NCBI GenBank assembly: GCA_949297415.1
Contig: CASFSV010000041.1
Location: 30,347-94,346, forward strand
Length of the DNA: 64,000 bases
Reading direction: 5' to 3'
Origin: an uncultured Alphaproteobacteria bacterium
GTDB taxonomy: Bacteria; Pseudomonadota; Alphaproteobacteria; RF32; CAG-239
The notes beneath the pieces were generated by a model. It saw nothing but the letters and a program-made list of their open reading frames with translations, had not been told where the DNA came from and searched no databases. Position 1 is the stretch's first letter. Each line of letters opens with the position of its first letter. The translations under genes were made by a program, and so were the position numbers. This document shows positions 40,325 to 50,023 of this stretch, piece after piece.

Positions 40325-40777
40325 TTATTCAAGAATCATCGCTGTTAATTCAGCTTCAGAAGCAACTTGACCATCAACCATGCAAGTTCCTTTGAATACA
40401 AAAATATTTCTACGAGCTTTAATCTTTTCAACATGCATTCTCAACTGATCACCAGGTTTAACTTGTTTCCTGAATTTAACGCCATCAATAGCCATAAAGA
40501 GAACATTACGCTTAGATTCAGCATAGTTTTCATTTTGAGAAATAACGACAGCACCTGCAGTTTGAGCCATCGCCTCAATTTGAAGAACACCAGGCATAAC
40601 CGGATTGCCGGGGAAGTGACCTTGGAAAAACTCTTCGTTCATGGTAACATTTTTAATCCCCACACCTTTCTCGCCCGGAACTTCAACTTCCAAACGGTCA
40701 ACCAACAAAAATGGATAACGGTGAGGCAGCATTTTCATAATTTCTTCAATTTGATAAACTTTGACATTTTCTGACAT
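40325..40777 (-). CDS. fabZ: 3-hydroxyacyl-ACP dehydratase FabZ
   Basis: 150-aa ORF. LPHRYPFLLVDR and FFQGHFPGNPVMPGVL motifs. Confidence 0.95.
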   Translation of the reverse strand: MSENVKVYQIEEIMKMLPHRYPFLLVDRLEVEVPGEKGVGIKNVTMNEEFFQGHFPGNPVMPGVLQIEAMAQTAGAVVISQNENYAESKRNVLFMAIDGVKFRKQVKPGDQLRMHVEKIKARRNIFVFKGTCMVDGQVASEAELTAMILE

Positions 40778-40792
40778 AACAAGTCTCCTAAT

Positions 40793-41806
40793 TTATTTTT
40801 TGCTATTTTTTTGTAAAAATGCGACTTGGCGCATAAAATCTTTAAATGGAACAGTTGGGGTACCCATAACAATAGCACCAGGTTCAATATCACGCATAAC
40901 ACCTGATTGAGCACCGACTTGTGCTCCGCTACCAACATTTAAGTGATCAGCAAAACCGGTCTGTCCGCCACAAACAACATAATCCCCGAAAGTACAGCTG
41001 CCGGCAATACCTGTTTGAGAAACAAGAATACAGCATTTACCAATTTTATCATTATGTGCAATTTGAACCAAATTATCAACACGACAGCCGTCGCCGATAA
41101 TTGTATCGTCCAAAGCACCTCTGTCAACGCAAGTATTAGCACCAATTTCTACATCGTTACCAATAATGACACGACCAATTTGCGGAATACGTTTATGTTG
41201 TCCGTTAACAACAGAGAAACCAAAACCATCTTGTCCGATTCTCGCACCGGTATAGATGTAGCAATCATTGCCCATTAAGCAATAAGCAATGCTTGCATTG
41301 TTTCCGATTCGACAGTTGTTTCCGATTTTGCAACCTCTGCCAATAACAGCGTTTGGTTCAATGATGCAATTATCACCAATAACAACATCATCTTCAATAA
41401 CAACGCCTGCTGCAATAGAGCAATTTTTCCCTACTTTGGCACTTTTAGCAATAATAGCGCTAGGCGAAATTTGCTGAACAGGCTTATTTTCAGAATAGAA
41501 ACTACTAACCAAATTGATAAAAGAAAGTTTGGGATTAGAGCACGTTAAAACAATTACACTTTCTGGAATAAAACGAACTAATTCCTCAGTTGTGATGCAA
41601 GCTTTTGCTTTTATCAAAGCCGCTTTATCTTTATTTTTTTTATCATAAAAGAAGCATAAATCTTGACTTCCGGCAGATTCGATAGAGCAGATATTTTCTA
41701 TCTGCTCTTTTTCTTTGCCTTCAGTAACCAAAACGGCATCTGCAATAGCTGCAATTTCTTTAATAGTCTTTGCGCCGTTGTGTTTATAAAATACAGTATC
41801 AACCAT
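40793..41806 (-). CDS. lpxD: UDP-3-O-acylglucosamine N-acyltransferase LpxD
   Basis: 337-aa ORF. Long hexapeptide-repeat left-handed beta-helix region. Position between bamA and fabZ. Confidence 0.9.
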   Translation of the reverse strand: MVDTVFYKHNGAKTIKEIAAIADAVLVTEGKEKEQIENICSIESAGSQDLCFFYDKKNKDKAALIKAKACITTEELVRFIPESVIVLTCSNPKLSFINLVSSFYSENKPVQQISPSAIIAKSAKVGKNCSIAAGVVIEDDVVIGDNCIIEPNAVIGRGCKIGNNCRIGNNASIAYCLMGNDCYIYTGARIGQDGFGFSVVNGQHKRIPQIGRVIIGNDVEIGANTCVDRGALDDTIIGDGCRVDNLVQIAHNDKIGKCCILVSQTGIAGSCTFGDYVVCGGQTGFADHLNVGSGAQVGAQSGVMRDIEPGAIVMGTPTVPFKDFMRQVAFLQKNSKK

Positions 41807-41824
41807 ATTGAATATCCCTTTCGC

Positions 41825-44077
41825 TTATAAACTTGTACCAAAGTTCAAACGGAATACTTCTGTTTCATCGTAGTCTTGTTTAACAATCGGGAAACCGAAG
41901 TCGATATCAATTTTACCCATAGGCGAAGTCCATTCGAAACCAAAACCGATGGCAACACGAGGACTTGAAGAGTAATCAACATCACTTGTATCAATATTAT
42001 CCGGCTTACCTGTTGTACCGATATCGATAAATGTACGACCGCGAATACCGAGTTCATCCAATCCCATCGGGAAAGCTAACTCAGCACCACCGTATAACAT
42101 CCAGTTACCACCTAAAGCATCTTTTGTATCCTTATCACGAGCACTAATACCGCCGGTTTCAAATCCGCGCATTGTGTTGCCACCTAAGAAATATCTTTGA
42201 GCAAGACGAACATCTTCTCCGCCATAACCAGCAATATAACCACCGTTGATAAAGAACTTAAATGTGTAGTAGTCATTAAGCGTATAGAATTTATATGCTT
42301 TCGCATCAAATTTTAAATACTTGTCATCACCACCTAAACCAGATATATCGTTACCAAATGATAAGTAGTAACCTTCACGTGGTTTAAGTATATTATCTCT
42401 CTTATCATACACAATGGTCTGACCGATAACAGAGTCTATAGCATCACCCTCTTCTTCTTGAATGTATTTAGAAGCGCTGCTAACATTTTTAATCTTATCT
42501 TGTTTCAATGTGTAGCGAACATATTGGCTTAAATCATCTGTATAGTTCCAGCCAAATCTAATTCTACCACCCATTGTATCCATATCATAGTTACTTTCGT
42601 CTTGATAATCTTCTGTCTGGTAGAATAAATCTGTACCTGCGCTTAAGCGTCTATCCATAAAGTATGGCTCAGTAAAGCTGAAACTGTAGTCGGTAGAACG
42701 CTGAGAAACACCAGCATTTAAGCTAATTTGTTGCCCTTTTCCGAGGAAGTTGTTTTCTGTAATACCTGCACGAATTAAGGCTCCGTTTACAGTAGAGTAA
42801 CCAACACCAACGTTAAAGTAACCTGTAGACTTTTCTTCAACATTAACGTTGATATCAGCTTTATCGTAATCAACACGTTGTGAATCAATATCAACTTTGC
42901 TAAAGTAGTTCAATCGCTCAACATTTCTTCTGGATTCTCTGATTTTTGCAACATTAAATACGTTTCCTTCAGAAATACGGAATTCGCGTCTGATAACTTC
43001 ATCAAGAGTTCTGGTATTTCCTGTGATATTAATTCTATTAACAAAAACTTTTGCGTTTTCTTTAATATCAAAAACAACACTTAATTTTCCGGTTTCACGG
43101 TCTTTAAAAATATTTGGAACAACTTCAACAAATACAAAACCTTTACGAGAAAGTTCTTCTGTTAAAGCATTGACAGTCTTTTCGATTTCATCAGAATTGT
43201 ACCAAGCGTCGGTTTTAAAAGTAACATATTTATACCACATATTTGCATCAATATCTGGTACGGAAGACTTAATTTGAATATCATTAACTTTATAACGCTT
43301 TCCTTCATCAATAGTAAAGGTTAAAATGAAAGAAGTTTTATCGCGAGATAATTCTGCAATAGCAGAAACAACAGCAAAATCCGCATAACCATGACGATTA
43401 TAAAAACGTCTTAACAACTCTTGGTCATAATTCATTTTCTCGCGGTCAAAATTTTCTGCGCTGGAAAATAGTCTATACCAACGGCTTTCTTTGCTCATGA
43501 TTTCATTTTGCAAATCTTCACCAGTGTAATGTTTATTTCCGATAAAGTTAATGGTGTCAATTTTTGCTTCAGGACCTTCTTCAATTTCAAAAATCAAATC
43601 AACACGATTCTCTGATTTTTTAATAATTTTAGGTTCCACAGAAACACCATAGCGACCAGCTCTCTTATATACTTCAAGAATACGTTGAACGTCCTGTTGA
43701 ACTTTTGTTTTGCTGAAAACGGAACGCGGAGCAGATTGAACTTCTGATTCTAAAATTTTATCATCAATTTTATCATTGCCATCAAAAGCCATGATTCCAA
43801 TAACTGGATTTTCAACAACATTAATAACTAAAGTATTTCCTTTCGTATCAAAGTTAATATCACTAAATAAACCAGTATCATAAAGACGTTTTAAGGCCTG
43901 ATTGAGTTCTTCAGAAGAAATTTGTTTGTTAGTGTCGATTCCTGCATAAGACAGAGCCGTTTCTCGCTCAACACGTTGTAGTCCGTTAATATTAATATTT
44001 TTAATAACACTCTGGGCCATGGCATTAGAACAAATGGCTAATGTCAATAATGAAATTCCTGCTAATTTAAACTTCAT
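41825..44077 (-). CDS. bamA: outer membrane protein assembly factor BamA
   Basis: ORF 41825-44101, preferred start ATG 44077 (MKFKLAGISLLTLAICSNAMA) with SD GAAGGA. POTRA repeats and C-terminal barrel ending ...FRLNFGTSL. Confidence 0.92.
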   Translation of the reverse strand: MKFKLAGISLLTLAICSNAMAQSVIKNININGLQRVERETALSYAGIDTNKQISSEELNQALKRLYDTGLFSDINFDTKGNTLVINVVENPVIGIMAFDGNDKIDDKILESEVQSAPRSVFSKTKVQQDVQRILEVYKRAGRYGVSVEPKIIKKSENRVDLIFEIEEGPEAKIDTINFIGNKHYTGEDLQNEIMSKESRWYRLFSSAENFDREKMNYDQELLRRFYNRHGYADFAVVSAIAELSRDKTSFILTFTIDEGKRYKVNDIQIKSSVPDIDANMWYKYVTFKTDAWYNSDEIEKTVNALTEELSRKGFVFVEVVPNIFKDRETGKLSVVFDIKENAKVFVNRINITGNTRTLDEVIRREFRISEGNVFNVAKIRESRRNVERLNYFSKVDIDSQRVDYDKADINVNVEEKSTGYFNVGVGYSTVNGALIRAGITENNFLGKGQQISLNAGVSQRSTDYSFSFTEPYFMDRRLSAGTDLFYQTEDYQDESNYDMDTMGGRIRFGWNYTDDLSQYVRYTLKQDKIKNVSSASKYIQEEEGDAIDSVIGQTIVYDKRDNILKPREGYYLSFGNDISGLGGDDKYLKFDAKAYKFYTLNDYYTFKFFINGGYIAGYGGEDVRLAQRYFLGGNTMRGFETGGISARDKDTKDALGGNWMLYGGAELAFPMGLDELGIRGRTFIDIGTTGKPDNIDTSDVDYSSSPRVAIGFGFEWTSPMGKIDIDFGFPIVKQDYDETEVFRLNFGTSL

Positions 44078-44093
44078 CTTATCATCCTTCAAA

Positions 44094-45230
44094 TTAATCA
44101 AACCAACGTGTTAAGAGGTGTCTTATATCATTCCAAGTCGCAAACACCATCAAAAACAAAATAAATCCCAGACCGATTTTAAATAAACCATCTCTTAGTT
44201 TAGTATTAATTTCGCGTCTTGAAACTATTTCTAACAAATAAATTACAACATGTCCACCATCTAATACAGGGATTGGGAATAAGTTGATAAGTCCCAAGTT
44301 AATAGACAACAACGCCATAAAATATAAGAAATCTAAAAGGCCTCTAGTTTTAGAAATATCACCGGACATTTCGGCAATACGAATAATTCCACCAACATCT
44401 TCACCGGATCGTTTACCCATAATCATCTGTCCGACCCCTCGCAAAGTCATATCTGTAATGTTGTAGACTTCTTCTGCAGATTTTTTAATGGAGGGGATAA
44501 ATTGAAAATTATCTTTAACAACTTTAAATTGCTTTGTTTCCCCTTTAATACCAATCATTCTTCTTTTAATTGGTTTTTCTGTTTCGTCAAAAGCATATTC
44601 CATTTCAACTAAAGGAACATTAACGGTAATAACTTCATTGTTTCTTTCAATTTTTAAGACAACACTATCAATGGCAATACTGACTTCTTTATTGATATCA
44701 GACCAATCATTAATTTTTTTACCATTAATTTCTATAATTTTATCATTCTTAAGAATACCTGCGGTTTGTGCCGGACTATCTTTAATAACATCTGAAATAA
44801 CAGGAGGAATATCATAGCTTCCGACAAAATAAAACAAACCAAAAAAGGTGATAAAAGCAAAAAGATAATTAAATAAAGGCCCTGCAATAGCTATAGCTAA
44901 CTTTTTATAAGGAGATTGAGTTGCAAATAAATGTTTTTGCTCTTCATCAGAATATTTGCTTAAATCGACTTCAGATGTGGACGAAGATTCATCGGCATCA
45001 CCTAGAAATTGACAATACCCCCCTAAAGGCACGGCGGAAATTTTCCAAACAGTCCCTTTTTTATCTGTTTTGCTCCATAATTCTTTTCCAAAACCGATAG
45101 AAAAAGCACTAACACTTACACCTGCCCATCTGGCAACAATAAAATGCCCGAATTCATGCACAAAAACCAATACGCCGAGTAGAATTAAAAAAGGAACGAC
45201 GTAATGAATAATATTTAACAACCACTCCAT
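44094..45230 (-). CDS. rseP: RIP zinc metalloprotease RseP
   Basis: 378-aa ORF. HEFGHFIVAR (HExxH), PDZ region, C-terminal NLFPIPVLDGGH. Confidence 0.92.
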   Translation of the reverse strand: MEWLLNIIHYVVPFLILLGVLVFVHEFGHFIVARWAGVSVSAFSIGFGKELWSKTDKKGTVWKISAVPLGGYCQFLGDADESSSTSEVDLSKYSDEEQKHLFATQSPYKKLAIAIAGPLFNYLFAFITFFGLFYFVGSYDIPPVISDVIKDSPAQTAGILKNDKIIEINGKKINDWSDINKEVSIAIDSVVLKIERNNEVITVNVPLVEMEYAFDETEKPIKRRMIGIKGETKQFKVVKDNFQFIPSIKKSAEEVYNITDMTLRGVGQMIMGKRSGEDVGGIIRIAEMSGDISKTRGLLDFLYFMALLSINLGLINLFPIPVLDGGHVVIYLLEIVSRREINTKLRDGLFKIGLGFILFLMVFATWNDIRHLLTRWFD

Positions 45231-45244
45231 AATTTTTTTTATCC

Positions 45245-46087
45245 TTAATAACTAAAAGCAATTAATGTAAACAAGCAGTAAACAACAGGCGCTGCAAAGA
45301 TAAGTCCATCAATTCTATCAAAAATACCACCGTGTCCCGGAATTAAATTACTACTGTCTTTAATACCGAGATATCTTTTGATTGAAGATTCAATGAGGTC
45401 GCCAATCTGGGCAATAACAGCAATAAAGGCTGCTAATTGAGCAAATTTAAGCTGCTCAGCTAAAGGCATGGGTAAATCAAAGATATTTTTGATGCAAAAC
45501 ATATAGATAAAGCTGACGGCAATAGCTAAAATAACCCCACCAATAAGGCCTGACCAAGTTTTATTTGGGCTAATTTTGGGAGCTAATTTGGGCCCCTTTA
45601 ATGATGAGCCAACAATGTAGCCCCCAATATCAACGCTCCAAACCATTAAGATGAACCACAAAGTCATGACAAAACTGCCTTTTTCGTTCGGAATGCTACC
45701 AAAAGCATCAAAAAGATAATAAATCCAATAAAGAGCTCCAACGCCAATAGAAATATAAGGAACACCTAGAGTAAGTAAGCGTCTATGCTTTTCATCAGCT
45801 GCTTTGAAATATACAAAAAGAGAAGTTAAAATAATTGCAGAAAAAAGCACCCAACGGTTAAATACAAACAAAGAGCACCCTAAAGCAAAGATATAACTAG
45901 CAACATAAACACTACTCTTTTTGTTTGGGATCATTGTGCTCCACTCCCAAGATAATAAAGAGCCGACTAAAAAGATTAATATATCAACATAAGGGTGTCC
46001 GGAATGCAAAGCTCCGATAACAATAGGAATCATAACAAGAGATGTTAATATCCTTTTTTGTAGTGATGTTAGTTTAGTTTTTTCCAT
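45245..46087 (-). CDS. cdsA: phosphatidate cytidylyltransferase
   Basis: 280-aa multi-TM ORF. C-terminal signature SSIKRYLGIKDSSNLIPGHGGIFDRIDG. Confidence 0.92.
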   Translation of the reverse strand: MEKTKLTSLQKRILTSLVMIPIVIGALHSGHPYVDILIFLVGSLLSWEWSTMIPNKKSSVYVASYIFALGCSLFVFNRWVLFSAIILTSLFVYFKAADEKHRRLLTLGVPYISIGVGALYWIYYLFDAFGSIPNEKGSFVMTLWFILMVWSVDIGGYIVGSSLKGPKLAPKISPNKTWSGLIGGVILAIAVSFIYMFCIKNIFDLPMPLAEQLKFAQLAAFIAVIAQIGDLIESSIKRYLGIKDSSNLIPGHGGIFDRIDGLIFAAPVVYCLFTLIAFSY

Positions 46088-46781
46088 ACCTTCTCTCCCT
46101 AGAAGTAAATTTTTTAATAATTTCTAACAATTCATCTTTACTAAAATCCGGCCACAAAGTGTCGGTAAAAAATAACTCAGTGTAAGCGATTTGCCATAAT
46201 AAGTAGTTGCTAATTCTTTGTTCTCCACTAGTTCTGATGAGAATATCCGGATCAGGAATTCCTTTTGTGTAAAGCTCATTAGCAAAAATCTCTTGATCAA
46301 TATCATCAATATTGATTTGATTATTTTTAACTTTTTGAGCAATATTTTTTACAGCCGATAGGATCTCTTGCCGAGAGCCATAGGATAGAGCGATGCAGAG
46401 AGTCAAATCAGAATTTTTCGCAGATTCTTTTTCCAAATAGTGCATTTTCTGTTGAATAGCATCTGAAAGCATATATCTTTCACCGATAAAAACAATGCGG
46501 ACATTATTTTCCATAATCTCCTTTAGTTCTTTATCCAGATACTCGTTAAGAAGCTGCATCAGGGCATCAACTTCATCTTTGGAGCGTTGCCAATTTTCGG
46601 TCGAAAAAGCATAAAGAGTTAAATATTTAACTCCGGATTCTTTCATTGAGCGAGTAATCTTAACAACATTTTCTGCGCCTTTTTTATGCCCAAAAGTTCT
46701 GGGCATTCCTCTTTTTTTAGCCCAACGTCCATTACCATCCATAATAATGGCGATATGATTACAAATATTCGTCGTTTCCAT
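46074..46781 (-). CDS. uppS: undecaprenyl diphosphate synthase
   Basis: 235-aa ORF. HIAIIMDGNGRWAK, YLTLYAFSTENWQR, IRTSGEQRISNYLLWQ. Confidence 0.95.
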   Translation of the reverse strand: METTNICNHIAIIMDGNGRWAKKRGMPRTFGHKKGAENVVKITRSMKESGVKYLTLYAFSTENWQRSKDEVDALMQLLNEYLDKELKEIMENNVRIVFIGERYMLSDAIQQKMHYLEKESAKNSDLTLCIALSYGSRQEILSAVKNIAQKVKNNQINIDDIDQEIFANELYTKGIPDPDILIRTSGEQRISNYLLWQIAYTELFFTDTLWPDFSKDELLEIIKKFTSRERRYGKN

Positions 46782-46786
46782 AGCTC

Positions 46787-47350
46787 TTATACTTGTAAAA
46801 TATCTTTTTCTTTTTGATCAAACATATCGTCAATTTTTTTGATGGAGTCATCGGTCATTTTTTGGATTTCATTACCATATTTCTTTTCATCATCTTCAGA
46901 AATAAGGTTATCTTTTTTTAATTTTTTTATATCATCCAAAGCATCACGACGAATGTTGCGAATAGCTATTTTGGTTTGTTCGGCATATTTTCCTGCCACT
47001 TTAACAAGTTCCTTTCTTCTTTCTTCGGAAAGCGGCGGAATTGGGATACGAATGAGTTGTCCATCTGATACAGGGTTGAGTCCTAAATCGGATTCTCTTA
47101 AAGCTTTTTCAACAGATTTCGCTAACCCTTTATCCCAAACACTAATGGAGAGGGTTCTCGCATCAGGAACGCTAATTGTGCCAACTTGAGCAATAGGTGA
47201 TAAATTCCCGTAAGCTTCAACCATAATATTATCGAGTAAGCTGGCGTGCGCACGTCCTGCGCGTAATCCTCCAAAATCTCCGCGTAAAGTGTCTAAAGTT
47301 TTTTCCATACGCTCTGCGGTGTCTTTCTTTATATCGTTAAAATCGGTCAT
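46787..47350 (-). CDS. frr: ribosome recycling factor
   Basis: 187-aa ORF. MEKTLDTLRGDFGGLRAGRAHASLLD and NIRRDALDDIKKL are typical Frr. Confidence 0.95.
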   Translation of the reverse strand: MTDFNDIKKDTAERMEKTLDTLRGDFGGLRAGRAHASLLDNIMVEAYGNLSPIAQVGTISVPDARTLSISVWDKGLAKSVEKALRESDLGLNPVSDGQLIRIPIPPLSEERRKELVKVAGKYAEQTKIAIRNIRRDALDDIKKLKKDNLISEDDEKKYGNEIQKMTDDSIKKIDDMFDQKEKDILQV

Positions 47351-47369
47351 ATATGCCTCTCTTTTCCTT

Positions 47370-48080
47370 TTATTTTATAATTGTGAAATTACCTTTACCT
47401 TTTATTGCATTAATCAGGGAGTCTTTGTCAACCTGTTTAAATACAACAATAGGAAGTTTATTTTCGCGAGCCATAGATATGGCAGTCATATCCATAACCT
47501 TTAATTCTTTTGTGATGACATCGTCATAGGAAACGGTTTTATAGCGAACAGCATTGGGATTCTTTTTAGGGTCGCTGTCATAAACGCCATCAACTTGAGT
47601 AGCTTTAAATAATGCGTCGCACTCTGTTTCCAAGGCTCGAAGTGTGGCCCCAGTATCGGTTGTAAAATAAGGGTTACCGGTTCCGCCAGCAAAAATAACA
47701 ACAGTACCTTGTTTTAATAAATATTGAGCTGAACGATAAGAGTAGGTTTCTGCCACTTGAGGAATACTTAAACCAGATAATATTTCTGATTTTATACCTT
47801 TGCTATCCAAAATACTTTTTAGGAATAGAGCGTTAATTACAGTAGCAATCATTCCTGCTTGGTCTGCGATAGGGCGAGTAACGCTTTCATTTGTATTGTT
47901 AACCCCACGATAAAAATTTCCTCCGCCAATAACAATACAAATCTCAATATTTTCTTTTCGAACTAGTTTAATACTTTCAGTGACCATATTGAGAACATTT
48001 TCATCAATACCAAAAGCTTGTTTGCCCATCAAACCTTCACCTGAAAGTTTCAAAAGGATTCTGTTAAAGTTTTTTTTCAT
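47370..48080 (-). CDS. pyrH: UMP kinase
   Basis: 236-aa ORF. ILLKLSGEGL, VIGGGNFYRG, FAGGTGNPYFTTDTGATLRA. Confidence 0.95.
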   Translation of the reverse strand: MKKNFNRILLKLSGEGLMGKQAFGIDENVLNMVTESIKLVRKENIEICIVIGGGNFYRGVNNTNESVTRPIADQAGMIATVINALFLKSILDSKGIKSEILSGLSIPQVAETYSYRSAQYLLKQGTVVIFAGGTGNPYFTTDTGATLRALETECDALFKATQVDGVYDSDPKKNPNAVRYKTVSYDDVITKELKVMDMTAISMARENKLPIVVFKQVDKDSLINAIKGKGNFTIIK

Positions 48081-48248
48081 TTGCTCCCCTATCTCGATAT
48101 TTTATTTTATAATAAACAATTAAATTGTGTTGTCATTATTTTTTTTGGCCTAATATACAGAAAGATAAAATACACATGTTGTATTAAAATAAGTTGAATT
48201 TTTAACACATTTCACTAACATAAGCAAAAAATATTTTGGGAGATAAAA

Positions 48249-48872
48249 ATGTCTGCAGAGATGATATATAGCTTAAGTGCGCTATTGGGTTATTTAATTG
48301 GCTCAATACCTTTTGGTTTAATACTGACAAAAATGGCAGGATATGGAGATATAAGAAAAATTGGGTCAGGTAATATCGGTGCAACAAATGTGTTAAGAAC
48401 TGGAAATAAAATGCTAGCTCTATTGACTGTTTTGTGCGATGCGTTTAAGGCTGGTATTGCTGCTGTCGTAGCTAAGCAATTGGTTGGAGATGATGCTGTT
48501 GGTATTGCAGCGATGTTGATAGCAGGTGCATTTGGCGTATTAGGACATAACTTTCCAATATGGTTAAAATTTAAAGGCGGTAAAGGTGTGGCCTCGACAT
48601 TTGGCTTTATATTAGTGACATGCTGGCCGGCGGCTTTAATTGCATTAGCAATATGGTTGATTATGGCTTTTACTTTTAAATATTCATCTCTGTCGGCTTT
48701 GACCGCTGCAGTATTTGTACCGGTAGCATCATATTTCTTGGCACCAACAATGGAATATACAGTTGCATATACATTGATTGTTCTTTTGGTTATTGTAAGA
48801 CATCATGCAAATATCAAAAGATTGTTAAATGGAGAAGAAAGTAAAATTAAACTTAAAAAATCAAAAGAATAG
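48249..48872 (+). CDS. plsY: glycerol-3-phosphate acyltransferase PlsY
   Basis: 207-aa membrane ORF. GSIPFGLI, GSGNIGATNVLRTG, HNFPIWLKFKGGKGVA. Confidence 0.93.
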   Translation: MSAEMIYSLSALLGYLIGSIPFGLILTKMAGYGDIRKIGSGNIGATNVLRTGNKMLALLTVLCDAFKAGIAAVVAKQLVGDDAVGIAAMLIAGAFGVLGHNFPIWLKFKGGKGVASTFGFILVTCWPAALIALAIWLIMAFTFKYSSLSALTAAVFVPVASYFLAPTMEYTVAYTLIVLLVIVRHHANIKRLLNGEESKIKLKKSKE

Positions 48873-48883
48873 AAGTAAAGACA

Positions 48884-50011
48884 TTGGTTAGAGAAAAACT
48901 TATATCATATATCCAACTTATAAACACCAATGGTATCGGTCCTATTGGTTTCAAAAGATTGATGACAAGATATGGTAATATTGATGAAGTTTTAAAAGAA
49001 ATATCCCAAAAGAAGGTACTCTTTTCTCGTAAAAAAGCGGAAGAAGAGATAATGACTGCTGAAATAAAAGGCGTTCAAATAATATCATATGAAGATCAAA
49101 ATTATCCATATAATTTAAAGCAAATAGAAGATTTTCCGCCGATTCTGTATGCGAAAGGTAACATTGAACTGTTAAAAAATGACAATGTGCTAGCGATAGT
49201 TGGTTCAAGAAACGCTTCTTTAAGTGCAATGAAAATGGCTGAAAATTTGGCATCCAATATTACAGATAATAATATTACAATAGTTTCAGGAATGGCTCGT
49301 GGTATCGATAAAGCGGCACACAAAGGAGCTTTAGGACACGGAGGTAATACCGTTGCTGTCATGGGGACGGGAATTGATATTGTTTATCCGCAAGAAAATG
49401 AGGATTTATACAAAGAAATCATCAAAAAAGATGGTCTAATACTAACGGAATATGCTTTTCATACTCGTCCTCAAGCCTCCAATTTTCCGCGGAGAAACAG
49501 AATTGTTTCCGGATTGAGTAAGGGTGTTTTAGTTATAGAAGCAGGATTACAATCAGGTTCACTAATTACAGCACACCAGGCACTGGAACAAGGACGAGAT
49601 GTATATGCGGTTCCTGGTGCACCGTATGATACTCGTTCAGCAGGATGTAATAAACTGCTCAAAGAAGGAGCGCAACTGGTAGATACGCCGGAAGATATAT
49701 TAGAAAGCTTTAATTTCTCAGCAATACAATTTACACCAAAAGCCAAAGGAAAAGAGGAAATATCAGATTTATTTGAATATTCGCTTGACAAGCAAGAAAA
49801 TAATTCCGATATTCCAGAACAAAAAGAAGAAACAGAAAAAGAAGATAAATATTCAAAGTTATTATCTCTGATTTCTGCGAGCGGGGAGGATATAGACGAG
49901 CTTATTCGAGCAATGCAACTGCCGACAGAAGAAGTTTTAATGACAATTGTAGAGTTGGAGTTAGACAATAAAATAATACGTCTTCCGGGGAATAAAGTAG
50001 CTAAAATTTGA
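48884..50011 (+). CDS. dprA: DNA-processing protein DprA
   Basis: 375-aa ORF (TTG start). Rossmann-like core AIVGSRNAS...VSGMARGIDKAAHKGAL...GTGIDIVYPQEN...FPRRNRIVSGLS. Confidence 0.9.
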   Translation: MVREKLISYIQLINTNGIGPIGFKRLMTRYGNIDEVLKEISQKKVLFSRKKAEEEIMTAEIKGVQIISYEDQNYPYNLKQIEDFPPILYAKGNIELLKNDNVLAIVGSRNASLSAMKMAENLASNITDNNITIVSGMARGIDKAAHKGALGHGGNTVAVMGTGIDIVYPQENEDLYKEIIKKDGLILTEYAFHTRPQASNFPRRNRIVSGLSKGVLVIEAGLQSGSLITAHQALEQGRDVYAVPGAPYDTRSAGCNKLLKEGAQLVDTPEDILESFNFSAIQFTPKAKGKEEISDLFEYSLDKQENNSDIPEQKEETEKEDKYSKLLSLISASGEDIDELIRAMQLPTEEVLMTIVELELDNKIIRLPGNKVAKI

Positions 50012-50023
50012 GGGAATTTTTAG

